From contig CAWCTR010000014.1 in assembly GCA_963798485.1 (NCBI GenBank), forward strand, positions 64,001-128,000: a stretch of 64,000 bases of DNA, given 5' to 3'. The notes under the pieces are model-generated. The model did not search any database. It was given only the letters and a program-made list of their open reading frames with translations, and had not been told where the DNA came from. How positions within the stretch are numbered: position 1 is the stretch's first letter; every line of letters starts with the position of its first letter. Made by a program: the position numbers and the translations under genes. Positions 19,137 through 29,126 of this stretch are shown here, piece after piece. The stretch is from an uncultured delta proteobacterium (GTDB lineage: Bacteria; Desulfobacterota; Desulfomonilia; UBA1062).

Positions 19137-20849
19137 ATGGAGTCACTTAAGCTCGGCGGGAAGCCGATAGAAAAGATGATCGAGAGTACTCCGGAATATA
19201 TGAAGAAGCTCTTCATAATGCCCGACTCGTCGGACAGGTTCGTGGAGTTCGGCATTCATCTGCTCGACCTTATTCATGATTTTTTTAAAGAGAAGGGCGG
19301 GATTCATTCTTCCGTATCTATGGAAGATCTGGCAAGAATATTCAGCAATATCGAGATGCCTTGTGATCCTCATCTCATCAAGGATGTCCTTGATGAGATC
19401 AAGCATAATATCGTCAAGCATTCGGTAAAAGTTGCCAACCCTTATTATATCGGCCACATGACAAGCGCTATTCCCTATTTCATGATCCTGCTTGAGATGA
19501 TTGCCGTGAGCCTCAACCAGAACCAGGTGAAGATAGAGAGCGCCAAGGCATCTTCCTTTGTAGAAAGGGAGTTCCTGTGCTGGATTCACCGGCTCATCTA
19601 TAACAGCAATGCTGATTTCTATAAGAAACATATACAGAACCCTAAAATTGCCCTGGGCAATATCACCTCGGATGGGACAGTCGCCAACATCACTGCCTTG
19701 ACCCTTGCCATGGCCAAGGCCTTTCCCCCCGATAATAGGGGATTCAGGGGGGTCCGGGTTGAAGGGCTCGCCAGGGCGCTGGATCACTACGGTTACAGAC
19801 AGGCACTCATCCTCGTTTCCAAGCGTGGGCATTACTCCATCTGCAAGGCAGGCACCATACTCGGTATCGGCGAGCAGGGGGTAATACGCACCCCTGTCCA
19901 ACCCTGCATCAATAAGATTGATATCAACAAGCTTCAGTGCATTGTAGAGAAGATCAGGAAAGAAGACAAGATTGTCGGGAAACCAACGAAATTCGTGGCC
20001 ATCGTAGGTATCGCCGGGACAACAGAGACAGGAAACATTGATGACCTTGATTCTCTGGCTGAAATCGCGCAGCAACTCGGCGCCCATTTCCATGTGGATG
20101 CCGCATGGGGCGGCGGGGCGCTGCTCATGGATGGAGCACGGGGGATGATGCGGGGAATCGAGAAGGCCGACTCCGTAACCATGGATGCCCATAAGCTCCT
20201 TTATGTCCCAAACAGCTTAGGCGTATGCGTATTCAAGGATGTGGAGGATTCCAGGTTCCTCTACCATACATCAAACTACATTATCCGCGAAGGTTCAGTG
20301 GACCAGGGCAGGTTCACCATTGAAGGGTCACGGTCTTTTTCTTGCCTCAAACCATGGGCGTCCATAAAGATCTTCGGTAAAAACGGCTACAAGATCATCT
20401 TTGACCATGCGCGCGATCTGCAAAACACCTTTGTTGAATTCATCGAGCGGGATCCCCTTTTCGAACTGATGAATAAACCCGAACTCTTTATAATTAATTA
20501 CCGGTTCATCCCTGAAGAGTTAAGATCGTTGCTTAACGAGTTGATGAAGAATTCCAGAAAGAATTCGGATCGCATCACCACCATCAACAAGCTTATCAAC
20601 AACCTTAACATAGAGCTGCACAAGACCATACGTGATCATGATATGTCTTTCGTATCCCGCACCAGGATAGAGTCTACCAAATACGCCCCAAGAAAGATCG
20701 TAGTGCTCAGGGCCATAACCATCAACCCTAACACGGAACGATATATGCTCAAACAGATACTGAATGAGCACAGAAGCATGGGAATCAGATTATGGCGGAA
20801 CATGAAGAAGGGCTGCCTTGACTCCAACGGGGTTCTCAAGACTGCATAG
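19137..20849 (+). CDS. PLP-dependent group II decarboxylase, PanP-like (putative aspartate 1-decarboxylase)
   Basis: YIGHMTSA, LNQNQVKIE, AGTTETG.ID, HVDAAWGG, DAHK (PLP lysine), EGSR. Confidence 0.8.
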   Translation: MESLKLGGKPIEKMIESTPEYMKKLFIMPDSSDRFVEFGIHLLDLIHDFFKEKGGIHSSVSMEDLARIFSNIEMPCDPHLIKDVLDEIKHNIVKHSVKVANPYYIGHMTSAIPYFMILLEMIAVSLNQNQVKIESAKASSFVEREFLCWIHRLIYNSNADFYKKHIQNPKIALGNITSDGTVANITALTLAMAKAFPPDNRGFRGVRVEGLARALDHYGYRQALILVSKRGHYSICKAGTILGIGEQGVIRTPVQPCINKIDINKLQCIVEKIRKEDKIVGKPTKFVAIVGIAGTTETGNIDDLDSLAEIAQQLGAHFHVDAAWGGGALLMDGARGMMRGIEKADSVTMDAHKLLYVPNSLGVCVFKDVEDSRFLYHTSNYIIREGSVDQGRFTIEGSRSFSCLKPWASIKIFGKNGYKIIFDHARDLQNTFVEFIERDPLFELMNKPELFIINYRFIPEELRSLLNELMKNSRKNSDRITTINKLINNLNIELHKTIRDHDMSFVSRTRIESTKYAPRKIVVLRAITINPNTERYMLKQILNEHRSMGIRLWRNMKKGCLDSNGVLKTA

Positions 20850-20894
20850 CAATCCCTGTCAATATCACTTCGCACATATTCTTGCGCACACTGA

Positions 20895-20923
20895 TTGACA
20901 AGCTCATCATACACCTTTATCTT
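20895..20923 (+). promoter_or_regulatory. Sigma-70 promoter, apparently leaderless
   Basis: TTGACA-N17-TATCTT, then 8 nt to ATG 20932; no SD. Confidence 0.65.
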
Positions 20924-20931
20924 AAAACAAT

Positions 20932-22812
20932 ATGATCCTCAATTGGCAGTCAACCTATTCAAGCAGGCTCACCGATGCAAGGACCGCGCTTTCCCGTATT
21001 AGGAGAGGTGCGAGGATCTTCATAGGCTCTGCATGCGGCGAGCCACAGCTCCTTGTTAAGACCCTCATCGATGTGGCGGAGAACCTTACAGACACCGAGA
21101 TCATCCACTTTTTGGATCTCGGCATCGCGCCGTATACCGATGAGAAATATGACTCTAATTTCCGTCATAACGCCCTTTTTATCGGATCGAGCACCAGGGC
21201 CGCAATCAAAGAAGGCAGGGCCGACTATACGCCCATCTTCCTCTCCGAGATACCGCTACTCATGCACCAGGGCAGCATGCCCATCGATGTTGCCCTCATC
21301 ACCGTTTCGCCACCCGACAATAACGGATATGTAAGTCTGGGGATCTCGGTCGATATCACCAAGACTGCCGCTGAGGTGGCAAGCTATGTGGTAGCAGAGG
21401 TTAATCCGAACATGCCCCGCACACTGGGTGACAGTTTCCTCCATGTGACCGAGATCAATGCCTTTGTAGAGAACGATATTCCCCTGTTGGAGTTTGTTCA
21501 GAAAGCACCGGGAGACATAGCCAAGGCTATCGGTGAGCATATTGCTGATCTCATTGAAAATGAGTCCACCATTCAGACTGGTGTAGGAAGGATCCCCAAC
21601 TCGGTATTCCCATACCTTATGAATAAAAGGGACTTGGGCATCCATACTGAGACCTTCACCGAAGGTCTCATTGATCTTATCGAAGCGGGTGTCATCACCT
21701 GTAGGAAGAAGACCCTCTATCCGGGAAAGATTGTTGCAGCCTTCTGCATGGGCACCAAGCGCCTGTACGATTATGTGCACAATAATCCCTTGTTCGAGTT
21801 CCGTCCATGCCAATATGTCAATGACCCCTATGTGATCGCACTTAATGACAAGATGGTCTCCATCAATTCCGCGCTGACTATTGACCTGACCGGACAGGTA
21901 TGCTCCGATTCCCTTGGCTTTGAGTTTTATAGCGGCATCGGCGGGCAGGTGGATTTTGTACGGGGCTCTGCCATGTCAAGGAGGGGCAAGTCCATCATGG
22001 TGCTCCCTTCCACCACGGATGATGGGAAGAATTCCAGGATAGTCCCCTATCACTATCCTGGCAGCGGTGTCGTCGTCACCAGGGGGGATATCCATTATGT
22101 AGTCACGGAATATGGCGTTGCCTATGTGCATGGAAAATCCATACGTGCAAGGGCCATAGCACTTATCAACATCGCGCATCCGAACTTCCGTGAGGAACTC
22201 CTTCAAGCAGCCAAAAAACAAGGCTATGTATATAAAGATCAGATCCTGCCCGTAGAGATCTATCCAAGAGAATATGAAACCTACTGGACCGACAAAAAAG
22301 GGACCGAGATCTTCTTCCGTCCTGTCAAGGCCACTGATGAGCGGGCCATCCAGGACGAGATGTATGCCTTGCCGGAACAGGACATCTACACAAGGTTCTT
22401 TCACAATTTGAAATCTTTCCCCCATAAACTTGCTATGCCGCTTGCGGCCATAGACTATAATGATAAGATGGCCATTGCTGCGGTTACAGGCAAAGAGGAG
22501 CCTGAAAGCCGGGAACAGATTGTTGCTGTAGGGCATTACATACGAGACCCACAGAATAGTTTTGCCGAGGTCGCCTTCACCACACACCAGGATTGGCAGA
22601 ACCGGGGCATCGGCACATTTCTCCTGCAGTATCTTATCCGTATTGCCAAAGAAAAGAATATCAAAGGGTTCACGGCCGATGTCCTGGCACGGAACACCCC
22701 GATGATGAAAGTATTCACCAAGGCAGGATATCCCCTTAAGGCACATCTTGAATATGGCGTTTATGAGCTTGAGATCCCCTTCATTGATGAGGAGCACAAG
22801 GACGAGCGTTAG
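20932..22812 (+). CDS. Acetyl-CoA hydrolase/4-hydroxybutyrate CoA-transferase fused to a C-terminal GNAT domain
   Basis: GRADYTP, EVNPNMPRT, LGIHTE, SGIGGQVDF, VVTEYG, IAHP; C-terminal AEVAF...QNRGIG. Confidence 0.9.
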   Translation: MILNWQSTYSSRLTDARTALSRIRRGARIFIGSACGEPQLLVKTLIDVAENLTDTEIIHFLDLGIAPYTDEKYDSNFRHNALFIGSSTRAAIKEGRADYTPIFLSEIPLLMHQGSMPIDVALITVSPPDNNGYVSLGISVDITKTAAEVASYVVAEVNPNMPRTLGDSFLHVTEINAFVENDIPLLEFVQKAPGDIAKAIGEHIADLIENESTIQTGVGRIPNSVFPYLMNKRDLGIHTETFTEGLIDLIEAGVITCRKKTLYPGKIVAAFCMGTKRLYDYVHNNPLFEFRPCQYVNDPYVIALNDKMVSINSALTIDLTGQVCSDSLGFEFYSGIGGQVDFVRGSAMSRRGKSIMVLPSTTDDGKNSRIVPYHYPGSGVVVTRGDIHYVVTEYGVAYVHGKSIRARAIALINIAHPNFREELLQAAKKQGYVYKDQILPVEIYPREYETYWTDKKGTEIFFRPVKATDERAIQDEMYALPEQDIYTRFFHNLKSFPHKLAMPLAAIDYNDKMAIAAVTGKEEPESREQIVAVGHYIRDPQNSFAEVAFTTHQDWQNRGIGTFLLQYLIRIAKEKNIKGFTADVLARNTPMMKVFTKAGYPLKAHLEYGVYELEIPFIDEEHKDER

Positions 22813-22821
22813 TTAGAGGCA

Positions 22822-22853
22822 TAAGGGAGGGCAAATAGTGCCCCCCCTCTTTA
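22822..22853. terminator. Bidirectional terminator candidate
   Basis: AAGGGAGGGCA-AATAG-TGCCCCCCCTCTT between convergent genes. Confidence 0.6.
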
Positions 22854-22857
22854 GGTT

Positions 22858-23766
22858 TTATTTCTTCCCTTTGTGGAAGAGGAGAACAAACGGGGCTGCG
22901 ATATAGATTGAGGAATATGTCCCTGTGACGACGCCGATCAGCATGGCAAAGGCGAACCCGTGGATCACGTCTCCTCCCATGAGGTAAAGACAAAGCACGA
23001 TTATAAACACGGTCATGGAGGTGAGGATCGTCCTGCTCAGGGTCTGGCTGACACTGTCGCTCATCAGGCTCGCCATGTCATATGAACCTGTCTGTTTCTT
23101 CATATTCTCCCTGATCCTGTCAAAGACCACTATTGTGTCGTTCAGGGAGTAACCAAGCAAGGTAAGCAGTGCTGCAATAACCGTCAGCGATATCTCTTTG
23201 CCGGTTAAAGAGAATATGCCTACCGTAAGGGTTATATCATGCACCAGGGACAGTATGGCCCCTATGGAAAAACTGAACTCGAATCGAAACCAGATATATG
23301 CAATCAGGCCTATACATACATACAGGCACGATAGTAATCCCTTGGTCTTCAGGTCTCTGCCGACTTCCGCCCCGACCACTTCGACCCTTCTAATGTCTAC
23401 CTTGTCTTTCCCGAAGGCCGAGTTCAGGACATTCTGGATCCTTGTAGACTCATTTTCCTTAGAACCGCTCTGAACCTTTTGCATCCTGATAAGGAATTCA
23501 TTGCCTTGGGCATTGGCGCCGGTAATACTTTGTATCCGCGCATCGCCAAAACCTATTTTAGCAAGGGCCTTTCTCAATTCCTCGGTCTGCACAGGATTTT
23601 TAAAGGCAACCTGCATCTCGAGTCCTCCGGAGAAATCTATTCCATAATTCAACCCTCTCCAAAAGATGGAGATGAGGCCTATTGAAATAAGAACTGCTGA
23701 AAAAACATAGGCATATTTTCTGTAGCCTATGAAATCAATTCGTGTACCCGGTCGTATGAGCTCCAT
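22858..23766 (-). CDS. secF: Protein translocase subunit SecF
   Basis: GIDFSGG, LVHD, GYSLNDTIVVFDRIREN, QTLSRT, GTYSSIYIA. Confidence 0.97.
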   Translation of the reverse strand: MELIRPGTRIDFIGYRKYAYVFSAVLISIGLISIFWRGLNYGIDFSGGLEMQVAFKNPVQTEELRKALAKIGFGDARIQSITGANAQGNEFLIRMQKVQSGSKENESTRIQNVLNSAFGKDKVDIRRVEVVGAEVGRDLKTKGLLSCLYVCIGLIAYIWFRFEFSFSIGAILSLVHDITLTVGIFSLTGKEISLTVIAALLTLLGYSLNDTIVVFDRIRENMKKQTGSYDMASLMSDSVSQTLSRTILTSMTVFIIVLCLYLMGGDVIHGFAFAMLIGVVTGTYSSIYIAAPFVLLFHKGKK

Positions 23767-23777
23767 GAAAACCTCCT

Positions 23778-25352
23778 CTAGATACTGATCCGCTCGATTT
23801 TTCTGTTATTAACCATCCACTCCATGATCCATCTGCAGAACACTAACGCTGTAAACAATGTTGCAAGAATACCAACACTTAATGTAACAGCGAAGCCCTT
23901 TATAGGCCCAGTGCCGAACTGGAACAGAACCAAGGCAGCGATCAGGGTTGTGATATTGGCATCGAGAATAGCTGACAGTGCGTTATTATACCCGGCTTCA
24001 ATGGCCATTTTTGGTGTTCGGCCTAGCCTCAGCTCCTCTCGTATGCGTTCGAATACGAGGATGTTTGCATCCACGGCGATACCGATGGTGAGCCCCATAC
24101 CGGCAATGCCGGGCAGTGTTAAAACCGCGCCAAAGATTGCCATAACACCGACAACGATAATAATATTCCAGATAAGGGCAAAATCAGCAAGAGAACCTGA
24201 CCACCTGTAATAGATAACCATGAATATGATAACCAGCAGACCACCCACCAAGGCTGCATGGATACCCATATTAATGGAATCCTTACCCAAAGACGGTCCT
24301 ACTGTCCGCTCTTCCAGGATATCAACAGGGGCAGGAAGGGCGCCTGCCCTGAGCACGATAGCCAGGTCCTTGGCCTCAGCATCGTTGAACCTTCCCTCGA
24401 TCATGGCCTTGCCGCCCGAAATGGCATCCCTGATTACAGGGGCTGAGTACACCTTTCCATCAAGGAGGATTGCAAGCCTTTTGCCTATGTTCTCTCCGGT
24501 GACCCTTTCAAATATACGCGCACCTTCAGGGTTGAAGGATATGGACACATACGGTTCATTATAAGTGGCCTTGATGCTAACTCGTGCATCATCGATCATA
24601 CTGCCGTTCAGTACGGTCTGCTGCCTAAGGAGAATGGGCTGCTTGCCATCCTTCATATACGCAACATAGCTGCCTTCAGGCACATCACCTGAAACCGCCT
24701 TTTCCACCGAATGTTCCTCGTCAACCAGCTTGAATTCGAGCGCTGCGGTCTTTCCGATGATCTTCTTGGCCCTCTCAGGATCGGTAAGTCCGGGGATCTG
24801 GACAACAACCCGTTCCTTTCCTTCGGGAATGACGGAAGTCTCACTTATCCCAAGCCCATTGATTCGGTTCCGGATGGTCTCAATCGCCTGCTCAACGGCC
24901 TGTTCCTGTATCTTCAGCACCTCTTGGGCCTTCATCTGATAGGTAAAGGATGTTGACCCCTCTTCAGTCTTGCTGTCTACCTCCGTAAGGAACGGGTAGG
25001 AGTCATTCATGATTTTTGACAGGGCGTCAGCATCTTCCTTGCTCCTGACCTGTATGATAAGTTTATCAGGTGCTTCAGGAGCGACCTTGGTGTAATGAAT
25101 GCGTGAACTTATCATCTGCGGTTTTATATCACCTGCAATGATATTAAGCCTTCCTTCAACCGCTTTAATTGATTCCACCTTCAGGACTAAATGGATGCCG
25201 CCCTGCAGGTCAAGACCCAGCCTGATCTTTGATTTGGGCCCGATCCAGCCCTGGGGCAGCTCCGCCTTTCCAAGGAAGCTGGGGATGGCAAAGACCAGCC
25301 CAACAACCACCACTGCCAGGATGAGTATCCCCCTGAATTTGAAGTTATCCAT
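23778..25352 (-). CDS. secD: Protein translocase subunit SecD
   Basis: LGLDLQGG, LRAGALPAP, VGPSLG, LTLPGIAG, AVDANILVFERIREE. Confidence 0.97.
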   Translation of the reverse strand: MDNFKFRGILILAVVVVGLVFAIPSFLGKAELPQGWIGPKSKIRLGLDLQGGIHLVLKVESIKAVEGRLNIIAGDIKPQMISSRIHYTKVAPEAPDKLIIQVRSKEDADALSKIMNDSYPFLTEVDSKTEEGSTSFTYQMKAQEVLKIQEQAVEQAIETIRNRINGLGISETSVIPEGKERVVVQIPGLTDPERAKKIIGKTAALEFKLVDEEHSVEKAVSGDVPEGSYVAYMKDGKQPILLRQQTVLNGSMIDDARVSIKATYNEPYVSISFNPEGARIFERVTGENIGKRLAILLDGKVYSAPVIRDAISGGKAMIEGRFNDAEAKDLAIVLRAGALPAPVDILEERTVGPSLGKDSINMGIHAALVGGLLVIIFMVIYYRWSGSLADFALIWNIIIVVGVMAIFGAVLTLPGIAGMGLTIGIAVDANILVFERIREELRLGRTPKMAIEAGYNNALSAILDANITTLIAALVLFQFGTGPIKGFAVTLSVGILATLFTALVFCRWIMEWMVNNRKIERISI

Positions 25353-25366
25353 TATAACCCCCGCAA

Positions 25367-25687
25367 TTATTTTTGAGTCGCATCTGCACTCTTCTTGTGC
25401 GCAATGAATTCTCTGGAGACCTTGATCTTTACTTTGTCTCCTACGTCAAGGGTAAGGACATTGTCCGTAATGCCAACGACCTTGCCATGAATGCCCCCGC
25501 TGGTAATAACATCGTCCCCCTTGTCAATACTCTCCAGCATCTGTTTTTGTTCCTTGGCCTTCTTCTGCTGGGGCATGATAAGGAGAAAATAGAATACAAT
25601 AAATATCAGGACCAGGGGGGCCACACTCATGAGAAAGCTCATAGTATCTCCGCCGCCAAGTCCTGCTGCATTTGCAACGCTAATCAT
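25367..25687 (-). CDS. yajC: Preprotein translocase subunit YajC
   Basis: FYFLLIMPQQKK, GDDVITSGGIHG. Confidence 0.95.
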   Translation of the reverse strand: MISVANAAGLGGGDTMSFLMSVAPLVLIFIVFYFLLIMPQQKKAKEQKQMLESIDKGDDVITSGGIHGKVVGITDNVLTLDVGDKVKIKVSREFIAHKKSADATQK

Positions 25688-26789
25688 CGTATATCTCCTT
25701 AATCCTTTTTTTCAAATCGCTAAATTTTTGTTCCCTAATGGAATGCCGTATATCAAACATTAATTCAAGATAGAAATGCAAATTATGAATGGTATTCAGG
25801 ATTGAACTGAGTATTTCACCTGATACAAAGAGGTGTCGCAGGTAGGCCCTGGAGAAATTTCTACAGGTGTAACAGGTGCAGAATTCATCAGGAGGAGCTG
25901 GGTCCTGGCGGTATTGTGCCTGTTTCAGTGACATTTTCCCATTCCTTGTAAAGAGCATCCCATTCCTGGCATTGCGGGTCGGCAGGACACAGTCAAACAT
26001 ATCGACCCCTTGGGCAACCGCTTCAACGATATCCACAGGAGTGCCTATGCCCATGAGGTACCGGGGTTTGTTCCCGGGTAGATGATTCACCGTCTGATCG
26101 AGCATGTGTACCATTGTGTCGTGTCCTTCCCCGACCGAGAGCCCACCTATGGAATAACCATCAAAAGGTAGCGCGGTGATGTCATGTGCACTCTTCTCCC
26201 TCAGATCGGGGTACATGCCACCCTGGACGATGCCGAACAGGGCGGCATCCGTCTTTTTCGCGTCCAGGCTCTTCATGGCCCACAAGCTTGTCCTGTCAAC
26301 AGAGGTTTCCACATATTCCCTTGTACTCGGAAAGGCAACGCACTCATCAAGGCACATCATGATGTCTGATCCCAGGTCTTCCTGAATCTGAACAGCCTTT
26401 TCCGGCGTAAGCATCCTTCGACTGCCGTCGATATGGGAGGCGAACTGGACCCCCTCATCGGAAATCTTCATAAATCTCGCCAGGCTGAATACCTGATATC
26501 CCCCGCTATCGGTAAGGATAGGACCATCCCATCCCATGAAGGTATGCAGCCCGCCGAGTGTCTTTATCAAATCCTCCCCCGGCCTCAAATGGAGATGGTA
26601 CGTGTTTGATAATATAATCTGTGCCCCGATGGATGTAAGCACCTCAGGTGTCACGGCCTTCACGGTGGCGGCAGTGCCTACCGGCATAAAGGCAGGGGTA
26701 TCTATGCTGCCGCGGCGTGTTACGATCTTCCCGCACCGTGCTGGACCATCTTCGATCTCCAGATTATAACTAAATAATGAGCATGGCAT
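25680..26789 (-). CDS. tgt: tRNA-guanine transglycosylase
   Basis: TPAFMPVGT, NTYHL, TDSGGYQV, GIVQGG, FDCVLPTRNARNG, CTCYTC. Start approximate. Confidence 0.96.
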   Translation of the reverse strand: MPCSLFSYNLEIEDGPARCGKIVTRRGSIDTPAFMPVGTAATVKAVTPEVLTSIGAQIILSNTYHLHLRPGEDLIKTLGGLHTFMGWDGPILTDSGGYQVFSLARFMKISDEGVQFASHIDGSRRMLTPEKAVQIQEDLGSDIMMCLDECVAFPSTREYVETSVDRTSLWAMKSLDAKKTDAALFGIVQGGMYPDLREKSAHDITALPFDGYSIGGLSVGEGHDTMVHMLDQTVNHLPGNKPRYLMGIGTPVDIVEAVAQGVDMFDCVLPTRNARNGMLFTRNGKMSLKQAQYRQDPAPPDEFCTCYTCRNFSRAYLRHLFVSGEILSSILNTIHNLHFYLELMFDIRHSIREQKFSDLKKRIKEIYDD

Positions 26790-27777
26790 CGCCATAACTG
26801 TAAAACCTATACCTTCGTTCAACGGCCTCTTTATAAGCCTTCATAATCCGATCATGCCCGCCAAAGGCACTCACCAGCATCAGGAGTGTGGAGCAAGGCA
26901 GGTGAAAGTTGGTCAGTAGCGCGCCGACTGACTTGAATGAAAATCCATTATAGATGAATATGTCTGTTGATCCTTTTCCAGGGGAGATCCTTCCTTGGGA
27001 ATGCATGAGGTGTTCCAGCACCCTGGTGGTCGTGGTGCCCACAGATACTATCCTCTTTCCTTTTGCCCTGGCATTATTAATGGCATCAGCTGCCTTGTGT
27101 GTTACAGCGAATTCTTCGGGGTGCATGGTATGTTCTTCTATTGACTCTGTGCGTACAGGGGTAAAGGTTCCAGGACCAACGTGCAGGGTCACATACACGA
27201 TCTCTATTCCTGATGATTCAATATTCCCAAGCATGTCTTTAGTGAAATGGAGACCGGCTGTAGGTGATGCTACAGAACCGTCATGACGTGCATATACCGT
27301 CTGATATGATTCTGAATCCTTTTCTTCTGGTTCCCGGTCGATATAGGGCGGCAGCGGAATCTTGCCTATACTCAGCACCTTTTTTTCTTCTGAGAAGGTC
27401 AACACACAGTCCTTACCTTCCCTATTCTCCACGAGCGCCTCAAGATTGTCGGCAAACATGATGACAGCACCCGCCCTCGTGGGTTTTGAGGCGCTTACGA
27501 GACATCTCCACTTCGTACCCTCTATTTGTTTGAGCAGGAGCACCTCCACCTGCCCCCCTGTCACTTTCCTGCCCAGGAGTCGCGCCGGTATAACCTTTGT
27601 ATCGTTCAGGACAAGCACATCTCCGGGATGAAGATAGGCAGGGAGGTCACTGAATTGTTTATGAAAAATCTTTCCCGTGTCCCGCTCCACGACAAGGAGC
27701 CGCTCCATGCCCCTCTCAAGGGGGTATCCGGCAATGAGTTGCCTTGGCATGTTATATGAGAATAGCTCAGTTTTCAT
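26770..27777 (-). CDS. queA: S-adenosylmethionine:tRNA ribosyltransferase-isomerase
   Basis: NDTKVIPARL, PLPPYI, YQTVYA, PTAGLHFT, TNFHLP, YSYGDAM. Confidence 0.97.
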   Translation of the reverse strand: MKTELFSYNMPRQLIAGYPLERGMERLLVVERDTGKIFHKQFSDLPAYLHPGDVLVLNDTKVIPARLLGRKVTGGQVEVLLLKQIEGTKWRCLVSASKPTRAGAVIMFADNLEALVENREGKDCVLTFSEEKKVLSIGKIPLPPYIDREPEEKDSESYQTVYARHDGSVASPTAGLHFTKDMLGNIESSGIEIVYVTLHVGPGTFTPVRTESIEEHTMHPEEFAVTHKAADAINNARAKGKRIVSVGTTTTRVLEHLMHSQGRISPGKGSTDIFIYNGFSFKSVGALLTNFHLPCSTLLMLVSAFGGHDRIMKAYKEAVERRYRFYSYGDAMLII

Positions 27778-27844
27778 GCTTGCTCTATAATGCTGAGAAA
27801 ATAATCCATAGGTGTGGTCTTATATCTAAGATGATATGAAGGCG

Positions 27845-28864
27845 TCAATCCCGGAAAGACTTACAGTATCCTTCAGAAAATACCGGGGCTGCAATGGATT
27901 GTACCAGGCAGAGCGGATCGGGGCCGTAAACAACCCTATGACCTGAAGTACCCTTTGCCTTACTATATCTGAGGCATATGCCGGCTGCCCAGGCAAGATT
28001 CTCATCCGTATCGTGACCCCTTAATATGCAGAGTGGCCCGGGCACATCGTCTATCTTCAAAAAAGTATTGCCCGGATAGACAATGGTTGAGATAATCTCG
28101 TTTTCTTTCTCATCCCTCCCGACAATGAGTATGGTCCCTCTATTCAACACAAACTCCCTGCCAAGTACATCGGCAACGAGATCAGCCTTCTCAGGAAGGG
28201 CAGGTGAAAATCTGGCAAAGGTCCTCTTTACTTTATTTGAGATCTGCTCATCCGTAAGCAGACACCCACCTGCAGGCGTTGGCATATCTTCCTTTTTGAT
28301 GCCGTATGCAAGTGCACGCTCTATCTGTATCTTCCTCCCCCTGCCCGTTATGTTCCAGAGCCCTTCTCTTCTGACGATAACCATCCGCTCAGGTAGCGTC
28401 TCGATTAATTGCCGGGCGCATAAAGGTCTCAGGAGAATATCCTCCAGTCCGGACTCCCTCTCGATAACCTTCATGGTATCAGAGCGTTGCGACATTGGAC
28501 GCTGTCCAAGTACTTCACCGGTTATGACAAATGATGCATCCATTTTATCGATCAGTTCTTTTGTTTTCCTGAGCATTCCAATCTTGCAGTCGATACATGG
28601 GTTGAGGTGTTTTCCAAAACCATGGGCGGGCTTATTCACAATACGGATAATGTCATTCGTATAATCTATGATATGAATGTTAATATTATACTTATCCGCA
28701 TGTGCCTTTTTGAATTTCTCAGGATCTCGGAGGGCATCGAATCCAAAGAAAGGTGTGCAGAAATACAAGGGAATAACATCGATCCCCTGTTCTTCCATGA
28801 GCTTGATGGCAAGGATGCTGTCAAGCCCCCCGGAATACAGTGCAATACATCGCCTTGGCATCAT
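27845..28864 (-). CDS. PP-loop tRNA sulfurtransferase-like protein (ThiI/MnmA-related, C-terminal DUF814-like)
   Basis: SGGLDS PP-loop, NPCIDCK, TGEVLGQRPMSQ, PAGGCLLT. Confidence 0.8.
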   Translation of the reverse strand: MMPRRCIALYSGGLDSILAIKLMEEQGIDVIPLYFCTPFFGFDALRDPEKFKKAHADKYNINIHIIDYTNDIIRIVNKPAHGFGKHLNPCIDCKIGMLRKTKELIDKMDASFVITGEVLGQRPMSQRSDTMKVIERESGLEDILLRPLCARQLIETLPERMVIVRREGLWNITGRGRKIQIERALAYGIKKEDMPTPAGGCLLTDEQISNKVKRTFARFSPALPEKADLVADVLGREFVLNRGTILIVGRDEKENEIISTIVYPGNTFLKIDDVPGPLCILRGHDTDENLAWAAGICLRYSKAKGTSGHRVVYGPDPLCLVQSIAAPVFSEGYCKSFRD

Positions 28865-28933
28865 CTATACTAACTTTAATAAGAAAAAAATAAAGTCTAT
28901 ACCTCACTACTCACGTGAGGTATAGACTACTCC

Positions 28934-29009
28934 TGGCGGGAGCGACGAGACTTGAACTCGCGACCTCCGGCGTGACAGGCCGGCGTTATAACCACTTAAC
29001 TACGCCCCC
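28934..29009 (-). tRNA. tRNA-Asp(GTC)
   Basis: GGGGGCGTAGTTAAGTGGTTATAACGCCGGCCTGTCACGCCGGAGGTCGCGAGTTCAAGTCTCGTCGCTCCCGCCA; 76 nt, CCA encoded. Confidence 0.97.
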
Positions 29010-29026
29010 TTAATCCATCATCACTC

Positions 29027-29102
29027 TGGTAGGCGGAACAGGGATTGAACCTGCGACCTTCGGCTTGTAAGGCCGACGCTCTCCCAACTGAGCTACCCGC
29101 CC
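29027..29102 (-). tRNA. tRNA-Val(TAC)
   Basis: GGGCGGGTAGCTCAGTTGGGAGAGCGTCGGCCTTACAAGCCGAAGGTCGCAGGTTCAATCCCTGTTCCGCCTACCA; 76 nt. Confidence 0.97.
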
Positions 29103-29126
29103 TGATTCTTATTTTATCAGAAAGAA

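Noticed and set aside
19143-20192. 349-aa minus-strand ORF antisense to the PLP decarboxylase (likewise 13633-14427, 14145-14990, 21976-22797, 46604-47362)
   Set aside because: Fully or largely overlaps well-supported genes on the opposite strand; explained by codon bias
28934-29102. tRNAs as an integration site for a mobile element
   Set aside because: No integrase or transposase and no duplicated tRNA 3' end seen in the window; flanks are housekeeping genes
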